The notes under the pieces were generated by a model. That model was not told where the DNA came from, made no database searches, and saw only the letters and a list, made by a program, of their open reading frames with translations. The position numbers were made by a program, and so were the translations under genes. DNA of 64,000 nucleotides from positions 62,001 through 126,000 of the forward strand of contig MU626262.1 in the NCBI GenBank assembly GCA_025603075.1. Reading direction: 5' to 3'. Positions 25,685 through 38,486 of the stretch are shown in pieces. Within the stretch, counting starts at the first letter, position 1. Every line of letters begins with the position of its first letter. This DNA comes from Neoconidiobolus thromboides FSU 785 (lineage: Eukaryota; Fungi; Entomophthoromycota).

Positions 25685-26617
25685 ATGAACATCGTTACCT
25701 TTCTCATATCATTCCTCCTTAAAAAAATAATTTCCCCTACTATAAGTATAATAGAAAGTAACACGGAACCAATAACTTCAATAGGGGCTGAGTGGTACAA
25801 CAAGCCAATCACAGATAACACGATTAAACCAAGTATAAATGATGCTATGAAATATGTTAATTATGCTGCAGCAGCTCTATGTACTAATACTAGTTTGCAA
25901 AACTGGAGTTGCAAACCATGTCAAAATGTACAAGGAACGGAGCTAATAACAACATTTAGTAATAAACTATTAGGAACAGATGGTTATTTAGCCGTGAATG
26001 ATGATGAACAAGCCATAATATTGGCCTTTCGCAGTACACAAGATTTAGAAAATTGGATATCTGATCTGGAATTGGTTGAAATACCCTTTAGTAGTGCAAA
26101 TGGTATTGGTGCTCGAGTACATAGTGGGTTTTTAGGAGCTATGGAATCCCTTTCTGGCTCTTTCTTAAAGGCGTTGAAAATTGCGTTACAGAACCAAGAT
26201 TATAAAGCCTACAAAATCAAAGTTGTTGGTCATTCACTGGGAGGGGCTATGGCTTGTTTAGGTATGATAAAGGCTAAAGATAAGCTTAATTTGTCGTGGG
26301 ATAGATTTGAACTATATACTTACGGGCAGCCACGTGTAGGAAATGTAGAATTTGCTGAATGGTTTGATGCTTTACCAATCACTGTTGCTAGATCTGTGAA
26401 CTATAATGATCCTGTACCTAGATTGCCACCTCCTTCTATATTTAGATATGCTCATCATGCCAATGAGCTTTTTGTTAACCGAACATCTGCAAGTTATTGT
26501 GATTCTTCGGTATTAGAGGATCCTAATTGTACGCTAAGGGTTCCCGATACTAAATTATTTGCTAGTGCACATTTAACTTATTATAACATCCCTGTTAGCG
26601 CATCTAAAGCGTGTTAA
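25685..26617 (+). CDS. Class-3 lipase, subfamily B
   Basis: 310 aa; LAFRST, HSGF, GHSLGG, YTYGQPRVGN, NDPVPRLPP, AHLTYY. Confidence 0.92.
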   Translation: MNIVTFLISFLLKKIISPTISIIESNTEPITSIGAEWYNKPITDNTIKPSINDAMKYVNYAAAALCTNTSLQNWSCKPCQNVQGTELITTFSNKLLGTDGYLAVNDDEQAIILAFRSTQDLENWISDLELVEIPFSSANGIGARVHSGFLGAMESLSGSFLKALKIALQNQDYKAYKIKVVGHSLGGAMACLGMIKAKDKLNLSWDRFELYTYGQPRVGNVEFAEWFDALPITVARSVNYNDPVPRLPPPSIFRYAHHANELFVNRTSASYCDSSVLEDPNCTLRVPDTKLFASAHLTYYNIPVSASKAC

Positions 26618-28028
26618 GTTCATAAATATACTACTCCTTCTTCTATTCGTTTTATTTCATAAATATATTAACTTAACATTGCTTGAAATAAAAAATTTGT
26701 TTAAGACATTAAATATTTTATAGAGTTCACCTGCTACAATTAAAAAAAATACGGAGAATTAGCTTTTTTAGACACTCTTGAACAGGGAAACTATTCACTC
26801 CTTTAGATGTTTTTCAGACAGAAGTTAAAAAAGTTGGAACAAGAGTTTATTATTCAAAGTTTTTATTAAATAAGCCCTGTTTATTCTTTTTGACTGTTTG
26901 GCAATTATTTAGAGATTACTTGCTATATAAAAGCCGGAAGATGAACACTCTAGATTATGGTTCCTATCTCAACTTTGTTATCTTCATGTCAATTCTTGCT
27001 TTCCAATATTCAATTTCTTTTCAAAAAGTGTGCTTTTTATAGAGTATTTGATTTTTTTCATCAAGGGTTTGAAAATATCCGAAAAGAGTGTATAATATTG
27101 TAAATTAATTTGCCTTCAAAATAGAGATGGGAAACGGTTATTTTATTTAATCTATCCTTTTAGAAGCCTTTTTTATTCGAAAGTAGAGGCAAACAAAGCG
27201 AGAATTAGTAATAAGAAGCCAAAAAGATTGAAAAAGAAATCGTTTAATCAAACATAGTTAAAAAACCAAGATCAATTAATAAAAAAGATTTAAAGATAAA
27301 ATGTCCTCAAAAAGAGTATTTAAATATTATTCTTTAAGCTGCATACTTTATTAACTAAAGTTCTTTGGATTTTACTTAATTAGTTTTATTTTATTCTGTT
27401 TTGCTTCCTTTTGGATTTTATCTGAAAGAACTTGCTACCATTTTTTAAGATATGACATCAAAGTAAAAAATACAGGTTTGATAAACAATAAAAGAATCGA
27501 AAAATGTGAATTTAATCGAAAGTTAATATGTGTGTTTATGAACTTATAGATAAAAGCTGAAGTATTAAACAATGCGATATTCAAGGTCAGTTTATTATAT
27601 TTTTAGTTCTACTTAATCACAATATCAAGCTAAAAGCCTATAGAGATAAAAAAAATATTACCAAATTTAAATAAAAGTTATCTTTTTTAATCTTTTATTT
27701 TTACATCTATCTTTGTTGATCAAACTATTTAATGTGTATATTAGAGATTGTATACTATCGATCTTTATCTCAAAATTGAGCTCTTTCCTATTTACTTTTA
27801 AGCAAATCAGGCACTATCTATTTAACTTCAATTATAAAAGCCATAAAAGTATCCATATTCACGTATTTAAGTAGATCATTCAATCAACTTTGTAAACTTG
27901 TTCAGCTTTTAGGTGAATAATAAAAAAACATAAGATCAAAAGATAAACTTGATACTTAATTAAAAAATTATACTAAGTAATCGTATATAGCGAATAATAA
28001 GTAAGAACACACTTAACTTCCTATTTAT

Positions 28029-28961
28029 ATGAGGCCTATTCTTTATTTTTTATCATTATTGTTAACTAACACGGCTTCTCCCACTGCTACTATAATACAA
28101 AACGATACAGACTCTCCAAAATCAGGAGAAATTAAATGGTATAGTAAAGAGATAATAAATAATACAATTAAGCCGAGTATAAATAATGCAATGAAGTATA
28201 TTAATTATGCCTCAGCAGCTTTGTGTAATGACACTAGCTTAAAAGCTTGGGATTGCAAACCATGTAAAAATGTAGAAGGCACTCAACTAGTGACAATATT
28301 CAATAATTTTTTTTCAAGTACAAAAGGGTATATAGCTATCAATCATTATAGCCAAGCTATTATATTGACTTTTCGTGGCACAAAAAGTTTAATAAATTGG
28401 GGATCTAACCTAGAACTGATACAAATACCCTTTGGTAGTGTAAACGGCACTGGCGCTCTAGTGCATATTGGATTTTTAGGTGACATGGAGTCTGTTTCTG
28501 GCCTTTTTCTAGATGGTTTGAAAAGTTTATTGCAAAACCCGCTATATTCAAGTTATAAAATCAAGATTATTGGCCATTCATCAGCTGCAGCTATAGCTTC
28601 ATTGGCTACAATTAAAATCAAGGACAAGTTTGATTTACCATGGAATAAATTAGAATTGTATACTTATGGGCAACCACGCACAGGGAATGTACAATTTGCA
28701 GAATGGTTTGATACTTTGCCTATTACAGTTTCTAGATCTGTAAATTATCATGACCCTGTGCCTAGGCTACCTCCTCTATCTTTATTTAATTATGCACACC
28801 ATACTAATGAGCTGTTTATTAATGGGACATCTGTAACTTATTGTGACTCCTCGGTATTAGAAGATCCCAACTGCGCCCTAAGTGTCCCTAGCAAAGAATT
28901 AAATCCGAATGCCCATCTGAGCTACTATAATGTTTCATTTGATGTAACTGATGCATGTTGA
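28029..28961 (+). CDS. Class-3 lipase, subfamily B, with variant nucleophile elbow GHSSAA
   Basis: 310 aa, colinear with its neighbours. Ser, Asp (HDPVP) and His (AHLSYY) are retained. Confidence 0.9.
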   Translation: MRPILYFLSLLLTNTASPTATIIQNDTDSPKSGEIKWYSKEIINNTIKPSINNAMKYINYASAALCNDTSLKAWDCKPCKNVEGTQLVTIFNNFFSSTKGYIAINHYSQAIILTFRGTKSLINWGSNLELIQIPFGSVNGTGALVHIGFLGDMESVSGLFLDGLKSLLQNPLYSSYKIKIIGHSSAAAIASLATIKIKDKFDLPWNKLELYTYGQPRTGNVQFAEWFDTLPITVSRSVNYHDPVPRLPPLSLFNYAHHTNELFINGTSVTYCDSSVLEDPNCALSVPSKELNPNAHLSYYNVSFDVTDAC

Positions 28962-30020
28962 ATCCTTAAATTGTATGCGTTGTATTTAATTAATTCATTT
29001 GATTCATAATTTGTATAATTTGGTGCCTATTTTTTATAAAAAAAATTTAAAAATTAAGCGGTCTATAGGCCTTGTTTATTAAAACTAAGAAGGAATAAAG
29101 GGAACAAACTTCCTTTAAATATTTTAACAAGCTATAGATATTTTTGAAAAATAAAAAATTAGACCTGAGCTATTATCCAAACTCCCTTTTTTATATTTTT
29201 TAATTATTCAGAAGATCACCCATAATGAAAAACAAAGGACTAGTTACTCTGAATAATAGGCCCTTTTCATAGTTTCTTTTACTTTGTAGTAGTTTAAACT
29301 AGCAAGTTTTTGCTTTCTTCTTAGTACAGCTTTAAAATCATCCTGTGAAGATACGAAAATTGTATACCATTGTATACCATTGTATAGTATGCTATTATTT
29401 TTTAAAATAAAAATAAACATATAGCTACTTCAATTCAGATGTGGCATTACTACCTTTCTATTTCGAATAAAAAGAATCTAATTGATATAAAATCTAAAGA
29501 TCAGGTTTTAAAAAGATCAACAATGGCAATCATATAATTAAAAAAACTACTACTAAGGGTGGCATATTTAAATTAAAAGAGATATAATAAAATGTGTAAG
29601 ATAGTGTTAATGCCATCTTAACTATACATAGACACAATAGCAAATTCGAAAATTAGCAAAAAAATAAAAATCAATTATAATTAAATTTACGCATTTTTGG
29701 TATTTCATCTTTATGTTTACCTGTGCTTATCAAATCATTCAACATGGGAAATTTATAAATTAAATCCTTGTCTTACATTACCTTTAATCCTTTTGTTTTA
29801 TTTATAAATAAGATATAGGCCATCAATTTAAAATTAGTTAAAAAAGGCGCCTTTTGAAAGCACTATATTCCCATACTTTATCCAAATAGTAATTTATTGT
29901 TAGGTTTATAAATTTATAATAAAATAGTGTGTTAAAACTAAGATCAATAAATAATTCAGGGAGTTTTATTGAGAAAGGATATATAATAAAGATTGATTAG
30001 AAGTATAGCTATTTGTCAAT

Positions 30021-30953
30021 ATGAAACCCGCTGCATTTTTCTTACCGTCCTTTTTAACGAACTTGTTTCCTCATGCTATCACTAAAGCCCAAAATAATAA
30101 AGAGCTGCGAATAACAGGAGGAACTAAATGGTATAATAAACCTATCACAGATAATACAATTAAACCAAGTATAAGTAATGCTATAAAATATGTAGTCTAT
30201 GCCTCAGCAGCTTTGTGTAATGATACTAGTTTAAAAAATTGGAGTTGTAAATCATGTCAAAACGTAGAAGGAACACAATTAATAACAATTTTTAACAACA
30301 ATTTATTTGGAACAAAAGGCTATATAGCTGTAAATGATAATGACCAAGCTATTTTATTGGCATTTCGTGGTGCAAAAGACATATCAAATTGGCTATCTAC
30401 TGTAACTTTAATTAAGTTCAACTTTGGTAGCGTAAATGCTACTGGCGCTCTAGTACATAGTGGGTTTTTAGGTGCTATGGAATCCATCTCAAGTTCTTTT
30501 TTAAAAACATTGAAAGCTTTATTGGAGAATCCACAATACTCAAGCTATAAAATCAAAGTTATTGGACATTCGTTTGGTGGGGCATTGGCTACTTTAGCCA
30601 CAATAAAGATCAAGGATAAACTTAATCTGTCATGGGATAAGCTGGAATTGTATACTTATGGACAACCACGTATAGGAAATGTAAAATTTGCAGAATGGTT
30701 TGACTCTTTGCCTATTACGGTTGCTAGATCTGTAAAATACAAAGATCCTGTACCTAGATTACCGCCCCCATCCTTTCTTTTTTATACACATCACGCCAAT
30801 GAGCTTTTTGTTAATGAAACGTCTATAAATTATTGTAATAGCTCCGTGTTAGAGGATCCTAATTGTGCGTTAAGTGTTCCTAGAACTGAATTGGATCCAA
30901 AAACTCATGGAAGCTATTTTGATGTTTCCCTTGAAACTCCTGATGCATGTTAA
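30021..30953 (+). CDS. Class-3 lipase, subfamily B
   Basis: 310 aa; AFRGA, GHSFGG, YTYGQPRIGN, KDPVPRLPP, THGSYF. Confidence 0.92.
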   Translation: MKPAAFFLPSFLTNLFPHAITKAQNNKELRITGGTKWYNKPITDNTIKPSISNAIKYVVYASAALCNDTSLKNWSCKSCQNVEGTQLITIFNNNLFGTKGYIAVNDNDQAILLAFRGAKDISNWLSTVTLIKFNFGSVNATGALVHSGFLGAMESISSSFLKTLKALLENPQYSSYKIKVIGHSFGGALATLATIKIKDKLNLSWDKLELYTYGQPRIGNVKFAEWFDSLPITVARSVKYKDPVPRLPPPSFLFYTHHANELFVNETSINYCNSSVLEDPNCALSVPRTELDPKTHGSYFDVSLETPDAC

Positions 30954-31057
30954 ATTTATTAAAAACTTATACTATATCTTATTTTATTTTTTATAAAATT
31001 CTAATCTGGTGTTAATTTCTATTTAAGCTCTTTTTAAAGGTTACAGTTATTGTATTA

Positions 31058-31162
31058 TATGGGGGTGTCTTTTTTGATTTCATTACTTCTTACATTTTTC
31101 AAGTGCTGTTTCAGTAAAATAATTGTTAGTAAAATTCTTAAACAAAAAAATACATCCCCATA
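31058..31162 (+). mobile_element. MITE copy
   Basis: ATATGGGGGTGTCTTTTT...AAAAAATACATCCCCATAT. Confidence 0.88.
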
Positions 31163-32092
31163 TTTTATTTATAAGAAATATAAAGAACTGCTTTACCCAT
31201 GTACCTCAATTGAATAGCTTTTGTATATAGGAATTTATTTAATCCATTTGCGTTTTCTAAAATATACATGGACAAAGTATATTCAATTTATTTACAGTGT
31301 TTTTATTATATTACGGCTATAACAAGAAGATAGTGATATGGTTGGTAACAGCTAGAAAATAAAAGGCTATGAACTTACAATCAATTGATTTAAAAATGAA
31401 CAAATATGAATCCCTTAACAAAAAAAGAAGGGGTATAAAAAACATCAAGTATCAAAACAATTATCATAAAGATTAGCTTTTAAATACTTTTTGGATCTTG
31501 TGTTTTATCCTTGAAATTTGTTAAACTTAGATTATTAGTCTCATTTTGCACTTTTTCCACTGGTTAAATTTTTATCAAGTACTTTGTTCTTAGATTTTAG
31601 TAATATTTGTGCCTTTATGCTGTTAAAAATATAGAAATATAATGTAATTAAAGGTTATAATTCTTTAGGATAGCTTTATTATCCCTTTGATCTTAAATAC
31701 GCTTTTTAATGAGTCAAAAACCAAAATAGAGGAAAAGTATTATTAATTTATATTAAATTTACATTTTCTAATATCCCACTTTTATGTTTATCTATGTTGA
31801 TCAAGTAATTTAATACCATAAGAATTTTAAAGTTATGTATTTTAACCCGAATTTGTATTCAGTTCCTTTTTTTTACTCTTAAATAGGCTACACTATATTT
31901 AAATTAATTGAATTCCTTTGCTTCTAAACAACATCTCATATTTTGTTTGGCATAGTATATCTGGTATTAGTTTTATAAGCCATACAATCTATAAAGGAAA
32001 TATAAAACATTACATTTAAAAACAAATTCAAAAAAAAAGCATCTAAGCTAATATTTAGTAAAAATTATATAAAATCCTAACAGTTTATTATT

Positions 32093-33025
32093 ATGAATGT
32101 TGTAATCTATTACTTAACATTTCTTCTAAATAAAATAATCTCCCCCATTGTAGTCCCAATGAAAAATGATATAGGTCCGGTTACAAAAGGAGACACTAGA
32201 TGGTATAACAAGCAAATTACAAGCAACACAACCAAAGCAACTAAAGACAGTGTTATAAAATATATAAATTATGCTTCTGCAGTTTTATGTAGCGATGCTA
32301 GTCTAAAAAAATGGAATTGTAAACCATGCCGAAATATAAAGGGGGCACAATTGATAGCAACATTCAGCAATTCTTTTTTAAGTACAAAGGGCTATTTAGC
32401 CATAAATAATAATGATCAAGCAATCATATTATCTTTTCGTGGTACAAAGGATTTTTTAAATTGGGAGTATGCTTTAGATTTGGCTGAAGTAAGCTTTAGT
32501 AGTGTAAATAGTACTAGAGCTCGAGTGCATGGCGGATTTTTAGCTTCTATGGAATCCATATCTGGTTCTTTTTTAAATGCACTAAAGGCTTTGTTGAAGA
32601 ATCCCCAATACTCAAATTATAAAATTAAAGTTATCGGGCATTCCTTAGGTGGATCCATAGCAACTTTGGGTATGATAAAGATTAAAGATAAGCTTAATTT
32701 GTCATGGGATAGATTTGAACTATATACTTATGGACAGCCACGTACTGGAAATGTAGAATTTGCTGAATGGTTTAATGCCTTACCCATCACAGTTGCTAGA
32801 TCTGTAAACTATAATGATCCCGTACCAAGGCTACCTCCTTTATCTATGTATAATTATGTACATCATACCAACGAGCTTTTTATCAATGGCTCCTTTATAA
32901 ATTATTGTAACTCTTCAGTGTTGGAAGATCCCAAGTGTGCACTAAGTGTTCCTGATCGTGAGCTAATTCCAAATACTCATCTAACTTACTATAATATTTC
33001 ACTTAAGGCATCTAGTGCATGCTGA
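32093..33025 (+). CDS. Class-3 lipase, subfamily B
   Basis: 310 aa; SFRGT, GHSLGG, YTYGQPRTGN, NDPVPRLPP, THLTYY. Confidence 0.92.
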   Translation: MNVVIYYLTFLLNKIISPIVVPMKNDIGPVTKGDTRWYNKQITSNTTKATKDSVIKYINYASAVLCSDASLKKWNCKPCRNIKGAQLIATFSNSFLSTKGYLAINNNDQAIILSFRGTKDFLNWEYALDLAEVSFSSVNSTRARVHGGFLASMESISGSFLNALKALLKNPQYSNYKIKVIGHSLGGSIATLGMIKIKDKLNLSWDRFELYTYGQPRTGNVEFAEWFNALPITVARSVNYNDPVPRLPPLSMYNYVHHTNELFINGSFINYCNSSVLEDPKCALSVPDRELIPNTHLTYYNISLKASSAC

Positions 33026-33574
33026 AACCCTTGAGAAACATAGACTAGAATTTAACTATTTATTATGTTTAATAAAAGTTTGATTTAATTTAACTTAGTT
33101 AAATTTTGGAGGCAATATCGAACTTTTATAATACAGATATTCCGACTCTTTTGAGCTTTTTAACTACCTAGTTAAGAAAAAAAATTATAACATTTGGTTA
33201 AATATAATGATAAGACTTTGAAGAAATCATCCAAATAAATTAACTATAAAAACTATTAATAAAAGTCCCAAACGAGTTACAACAGCTGTACAAACATGCT
33301 TACTCTAATCTATACCCTTATCTTGATTCAAAGGTCTTTATTGAGAGCTAACAAATTTTTAGTAGGTTTTGATCTTTAAATGATTATATTTAACTATTAT
33401 CAATATGGTTTGATAACAATAGTCTAATTATTTATAAGTTTTAAATATTAAAATTAAAATTAAAGCAATAGATACAAGGTTACATAAGAACACACTTTAT
33501 TGTAATATAATATAGTAAAAGTTTAAATAAAATCAAAATAAACCTTATTTGAAGTTTACTAACTTATTAAACTT

Positions 33575-35467
33575 TTAGCACTCCTTGAAGTCGGAATGGC
33601 TTTGATAACTTTGTTGAGAATAGCTGGATTGTTGAGAACAGTTAGATTGGTGTTGAGAGTAATTTGATTGTTGTTGGGAAAGGTTAGATTGTTGGGAGCA
33701 GTTAGGTTGTTGTTGAGGATAACTGGGTTGCTGGTGAGGATGACTATGTTGTTGGGAAAGGTTTGATTGTTGTTGAGAATAGTTAGATTGTTGGTTAGAA
33801 TTGCTAGTTTGTGAGTTTTGGGTCAAGGTACTGGTGCTGCTTGCAGATGATTGACTACCAAACTGGGCTTCAGTAACACCTGATCCCATTGCTGCAGTTG
33901 AAGATAAGCCGCCAGTAGCTATAGCAACTAAATTATCGACGTATTGGGCACCAGACCATTTTTGGTGAGAAAGTGTTTCTACACTGTGATGACGCTCTTT
34001 ACGTTGAATGGTCTCAACATAAGCCAACATACCACGGTTAGCAAAATCACGGGCAAAGAGGTCAATTGCAAGAGAATTAGCATGGAAACCAGCTAAAGTA
34101 ATGAATTGCCATACATAACCTAAGCGACCTAAATCAGTAATAAAAGATTCAATTTGAGTATCATTCATATTAGCGGCATCCCAGTTAAAGGATGGAGAAA
34201 GATTGTAAGAAAGCATAGCATTTGGATAAACGGAATGGACACCTTGAGCAAACTCTTTAGCTTGGCTATAGATAGGAGCAGCTGATTCCATCCAAAGCAT
34301 ATCAGAATATGGTGCATAAGCAACGGAACGAGCAATAGCACATTTCACACCACCATTGAGACGGTAATATCCTTCTTTAGTCCTAGGAAGATCCCAATCC
34401 CAGAAGGTTTCAAAGCCCATGGATTTAGCTAATTCACGTGCTTCATAGTAGCTAAGCTCTTGGGAACGGCAATTCCATTTGGAAAGGTTAGCTTCTACAT
34501 TACTGCAATTAGCTTGACGGATTTTACGAGCAACAGCCTCAGTAAAGGTTACAAGGTCAGCCTCATCAAGCCATTGTTCTTGAATGGCATGAAGTTGCTG
34601 AGCTGTTTTACCAGCTTTAACAGCTTCTTCTAAAATAGTAACAAGAGGACGTAAGCAGTTGTTAGTAGTACCTAAAATAAATGGATGATCACGACGGTCA
34701 ATATTACTGGTGAGAAGCTGAGCAGCTTCAGCATCAGTACGGGAAACAAGGATAGTTTCAGCATTCATAATATCAAATTGAGCACGGATAGCAATAAGAC
34801 GAGAAATATGTTCAGAAACAGGAACTAAAACTTTACCTCCCATATGACCACATTTCTTAGTACCAGCAGCTTGATCTTCAATATGGATACCAGCAGCACC
34901 TCGTTCAACGAACATTTTAGCAAGCTTCATGACAGCGGTTAAACCACCATGACCTGAGTCAGCATCAGCAATGATTGGTCGTAAGAAATCAGTATATGGA
35001 ACTGTCTTTCTTTGTTCTGAAGTTAAACCGAAACGCTCTTCACGTTGCTTTCTATCATGGAATAATTGAGCACGGAAAAGTTGATCTACTTTATTTGGTA
35101 CAGTATCCATTGGATAATCAGCAAGATCTGGTCCTGGTTCATTGGAGGTGGAAGCAGTAGAAGAGCATTGCCATCCAGAAACATAAATGGTTTCGTGATA
35201 TTTGGCCATTTGAGTTACTTGAACGGGGTCAAGAGCACCAAAGGTGTAAGCGGTAGTACGACTACGTTGGTGACGTTTTAAAATAGCCCATAACTTTTTT
35301 GCTTGAGCATTGGAAGGGTATTCGATTTTAAGAGTACCACGTTTGGATATAATGGATTGAGGAGAATATGGGCGCTTTAAATGAGAGAAACGGGGGGATG
35401 CCCACCAGGTGCTCAACTCCTTTAATTCTTGATCATAGCAGCATTCATCGTTATGGAATTGAGTCAT
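33575..35467 (-). CDS. ICL1: Isocitrate lyase, copy A (complete, 630 aa, with 94-aa Q/S/N-rich C-terminal extension)
   Basis: Full fungal ICL motif set, including the KKCGHM catalytic loop and WQFITLAG. Intronless. Confidence 0.95.
   Translation of the reverse strand: MTQFHNDECCYDQELKELSTWWASPRFSHLKRPYSPQSIISKRGTLKIEYPSNAQAKKLWAILKRHQRSRTTAYTFGALDPVQVTQMAKYHETIYVSGWQCSSTASTSNEPGPDLADYPMDTVPNKVDQLFRAQLFHDRKQREERFGLTSEQRKTVPYTDFLRPIIADADSGHGGLTAVMKLAKMFVERGAAGIHIEDQAAGTKKCGHMGGKVLVPVSEHISRLIAIRAQFDIMNAETILVSRTDAEAAQLLTSNIDRRDHPFILGTTNNCLRPLVTILEEAVKAGKTAQQLHAIQEQWLDEADLVTFTEAVARKIRQANCSNVEANLSKWNCRSQELSYYEARELAKSMGFETFWDWDLPRTKEGYYRLNGGVKCAIARSVAYAPYSDMLWMESAAPIYSQAKEFAQGVHSVYPNAMLSYNLSPSFNWDAANMNDTQIESFITDLGRLGYVWQFITLAGFHANSLAIDLFARDFANRGMLAYVETIQRKERHHSVETLSHQKWSGAQYVDNLVAIATGGLSSTAAMGSGVTEAQFGSQSSASSTSTLTQNSQTSNSNQQSNYSQQQSNLSQQHSHPHQQPSYPQQQPNCSQQSNLSQQQSNYSQHQSNCSQQSSYSQQSYQSHSDFKEC
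33578..33859 (-). repeat. Coding minisatellite: about 10 imperfect 6-7 aa Q(Q)QSN[YLC]S units
   Basis: [13 protein letters not shown]-...[33 protein letters not shown], with 18/21-bp DNA units. Confidence 0.85.
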
Positions 35468-36157
35468 TGTTTTATTTTTTCAAGTTAAAAAAGAAAACGA
35501 GTATTAAGTTGTTAAACTGTCAATGTGACTGTTTTATACTCTTTTTAGCATTATTTTTGCTACATCATCTTTATTCAGATTACATGTGAATTCTTAAAAC
35601 ATTGACTTTTTACGTAACAATTTCTCGTTTTAAGCTGTTTAATTGGCTATGTCTTTGGCTTTCTTTTTCAATTTGGTTGATTTCGTCTTTATTTTTTTAT
35701 TTATCCACTCACTAAATCCTTCAGTTTGTTTGGTTAAGTTCGGTTTCAGTTGTAGTTGTAATAATTAAATTTTAGTTATTAGAGCTAAATATAATTTTTA
35801 ACATTAAATATGTTATTAAACACATCTATTGTTTTATATATATATTAACAAAATACTGAAGTCCTACTCTTTTGATATTCTAAAAAACATGATCTATTAT
35901 ACTTAACACATTAAGTATCTATAATGCCAAAATAACTAAAAACTAAACTAAAGAACATGGAATTATCCATCATTATATATTTATAATCTAAACTTAAAGC
36001 TAGTTTGTAAATACTTAACTCAATATTGTAAATCCTGATTTTCTTTATAAATAAGTAAAATATCAAATGCAATAGTTCATACTTATTAACTCAATGACCC
36101 TGGTATAATGTATGCTCTTTTTATTTAATATAATAATTACAAACTAAATTTAAAAAA

Positions 36158-36260
36158 TGAGGATAATTTTTTTAGTTTCATCACCTTTGCCATTTTTTAA
36201 GCGCTATTTGAGTAGAAAAATTACAAGTAAAATTCCCAAATAAAAAAACACGTCTTCATA
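36158..36260 (+). mobile_element. MITE copy (degenerate)
   Basis: TGAGGATAATTTTTTTAGTTTCATCAC...ccattttttaagcgctatttgag...AAAAAAACACGTCTTCATAT. Confidence 0.75.
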
Positions 36261-36850
36261 TATTAGTACCGTTATTAATAATGATAATTGCCTTTAAATA
36301 ATTTTAATTAAAAAAGTAATTTACAGTTCTTTCTACAACGCAGAATGACAAAATATTTATTATATTAAATAAAGAAAGCTAAAGTAATGATAAATAAAAG
36401 TACGGGATGTTAGTTTTCTATAATTCTTGTAAAATGGTATTTTATATTATGAATAAAACATTGAATTCTTTATTATAAAATAAACAAAAGTACTATCACT
36501 TTTCAATATTAAACAGATCAATTTATATTTTGCAAAAATATTGATAGAAATGAAGTTCTATAAATAGAATTATTTTGAGCTTGTATTATTGGTTAAATGT
36601 AAGATAAACCAACCAGCAATTTGTAATGATAAAAGTTATTCTCAAGTAGCTTAAGTTTTAGTATACCAATAAGAAGCTTTGAATTTTAATTCTAGCTTCG
36701 TTTATTAGTCAAACAAAAAGGTAAAGCAAAAAGGCATTGGATATATTTAAGGATAGTAAAAATTTGTAACTCATTTGCTGTGAAATATTATTAATAAAAT
36801 AAAACTTTTTATATTTTTCAAGTAGTAAAAAAGATTAAGTTTATATAAAG

Positions 36851-38486
36851 ATGGACATTTCAGGTAATAAATATAACTAGAAGCAAAATTGATTTAGTTA
36901 CTAATCTAGGTAAAGGTAGAAAAAATATGGTTGCTCCAACCCCAAACAACACCCCTTTAAATGCTGCTCCCATCTCTTCTTCTATGGCTCCTAATTTACC
37001 AACTATGGAGGAAGATGAAGGTAAATAAATAGTTCTTAAATTGAAAGTATGAATATTTATATATATATTATAGTATTAAATTTAGAGCAAGGAGGTGCTG
37101 GGTTTCCAAATGCAGCTTTAGTAGAAATGATTCAAGTAAACTTAATATTAGCTATGGTGAATCAATATTAACATATATTTAGGGAAGGTTAGGTTCATTA
37201 ATGGGAAGAAAATCAGGATATGTCAATTCATTACCAGAAGAAGTTCAAACACGTATTAATGGACTTAAAGGATTACAAGTAATGAATATTACTAGTTTAT
37301 TTGCCTGATTACTTATTTATTTTAGCTTAAACAAGCTGAGTTAGAAGCCCAATTCAATAAAAAAGTATTTGATTTAGAAAAAGAATTTTTAAAACTTTAT
37401 CAACCATTATTTGAAGAAGTAAGTTTAATTTATTATGGTTAATGAATAATGGTTTAACAATTTAGCGCACTAAAGTTATTAGTGGTGACAAAGAACCCAA
37501 CAGTGAAGATATTGAAGCTGGTAAAAAAATAAGAGAGGAAGAAGAACAAGAAGAGGTAAATTAAATTTGAATTAATAAAACTTAAAGTTAAACATAATAA
37601 TAGGGAGAGCCATTAGACAGTACTCCAAAATCAAATGAAGTTATGGATGGTATATTATATTAATACGGTTGTATAACTAATGCTAATATCAATATCAAAT
37701 AGGTATACCTGAATTCTGGCTTACTGCATTAAAAAATCACCCAGGAGTAGCAGATATTATCAATGATGATGATGAAAAAGTCCTTAAAAAGTTAGTTAAT
37801 ATTGAATATAGATTTTTGGAAAGCGATGAAGTAAGCCTCATTAAATCATTATTATAATTGTATTAATTATTCGCTGTTAGGCATTCGCTATTGATTTCCA
37901 TTTTGATGAAAATGAATATTTCAAGAATCGTACGCTTACAAAAACATACTATTATACACCATCAACCGATTTTGGAGAATATATATTAGATCGTAGTGAA
38001 GGGTATTTTAGTCATTTTATTTCAATAGCATGGTATTAATTTTGTTTCTATTTAGCACTGAAATAGAGTGGAATAATGGGAAGAATTTGACTATGGAAAT
38101 ACAACAAAAGAAACAAATTAATAAGAGTAATTCATTTTAATATATAATTAATAACATTAATATTTATAACTATTGTAGTAACCCATGAAACCAGAATAAT
38201 TCAAAAAGAAATTCCAAAGGATTCCTTTTTTACATTTTTCAGTCAAATTCCACAACCCAACCCAGAACATGAAGACTTTGAGGAACAAGAAAATGCCTTT
38301 CAACAAGCTATGGAGGCAGATTATGCTTTAGGAGAAGAATTTAAAGTAAAAATCATACCCCATGCTATTGACTGGTTCACAGGTAAAGCATTAGCTTATG
38401 ATTATTCAAATGACGTTCAGTATTATGATGAAGATGATGAAGATGAAGATGATGAAGATGATGAGGATGATTTGAAGTTTGATTAA
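36851..38486 (+). CDS. NAP1: Nucleosome assembly protein 1 (about 11 short exons)
   Basis: Spliced exons give APTPNNTP, YVNSLPEEVQTRINGLKGLQ, LEKEFLKLYQPLFEERTKVISG, GIPEFWLTALKNHP, FDENEYFKNRTLTKTY, DSFFTFF, IIPHAIDWFTGKA and an acidic tail. Confidence 0.92.

Noticed and set aside
33575-35467. One ICL copy being a 2-methylisocitrate lyase
   Set aside because: Both copies with a 3' end have WQFITLAG (Phe/Thr, ICL-type) rather than the Leu/Ser of fungal methylisocitrate lyases.
25685-35467. Bacterial horizontal origin of the intronless lipases and ICL
   Set aside because: The ICL is the long fungal type, the lipases resemble Rhizomucor-type fungal class-3 enzymes, and base composition is in line with host genes.
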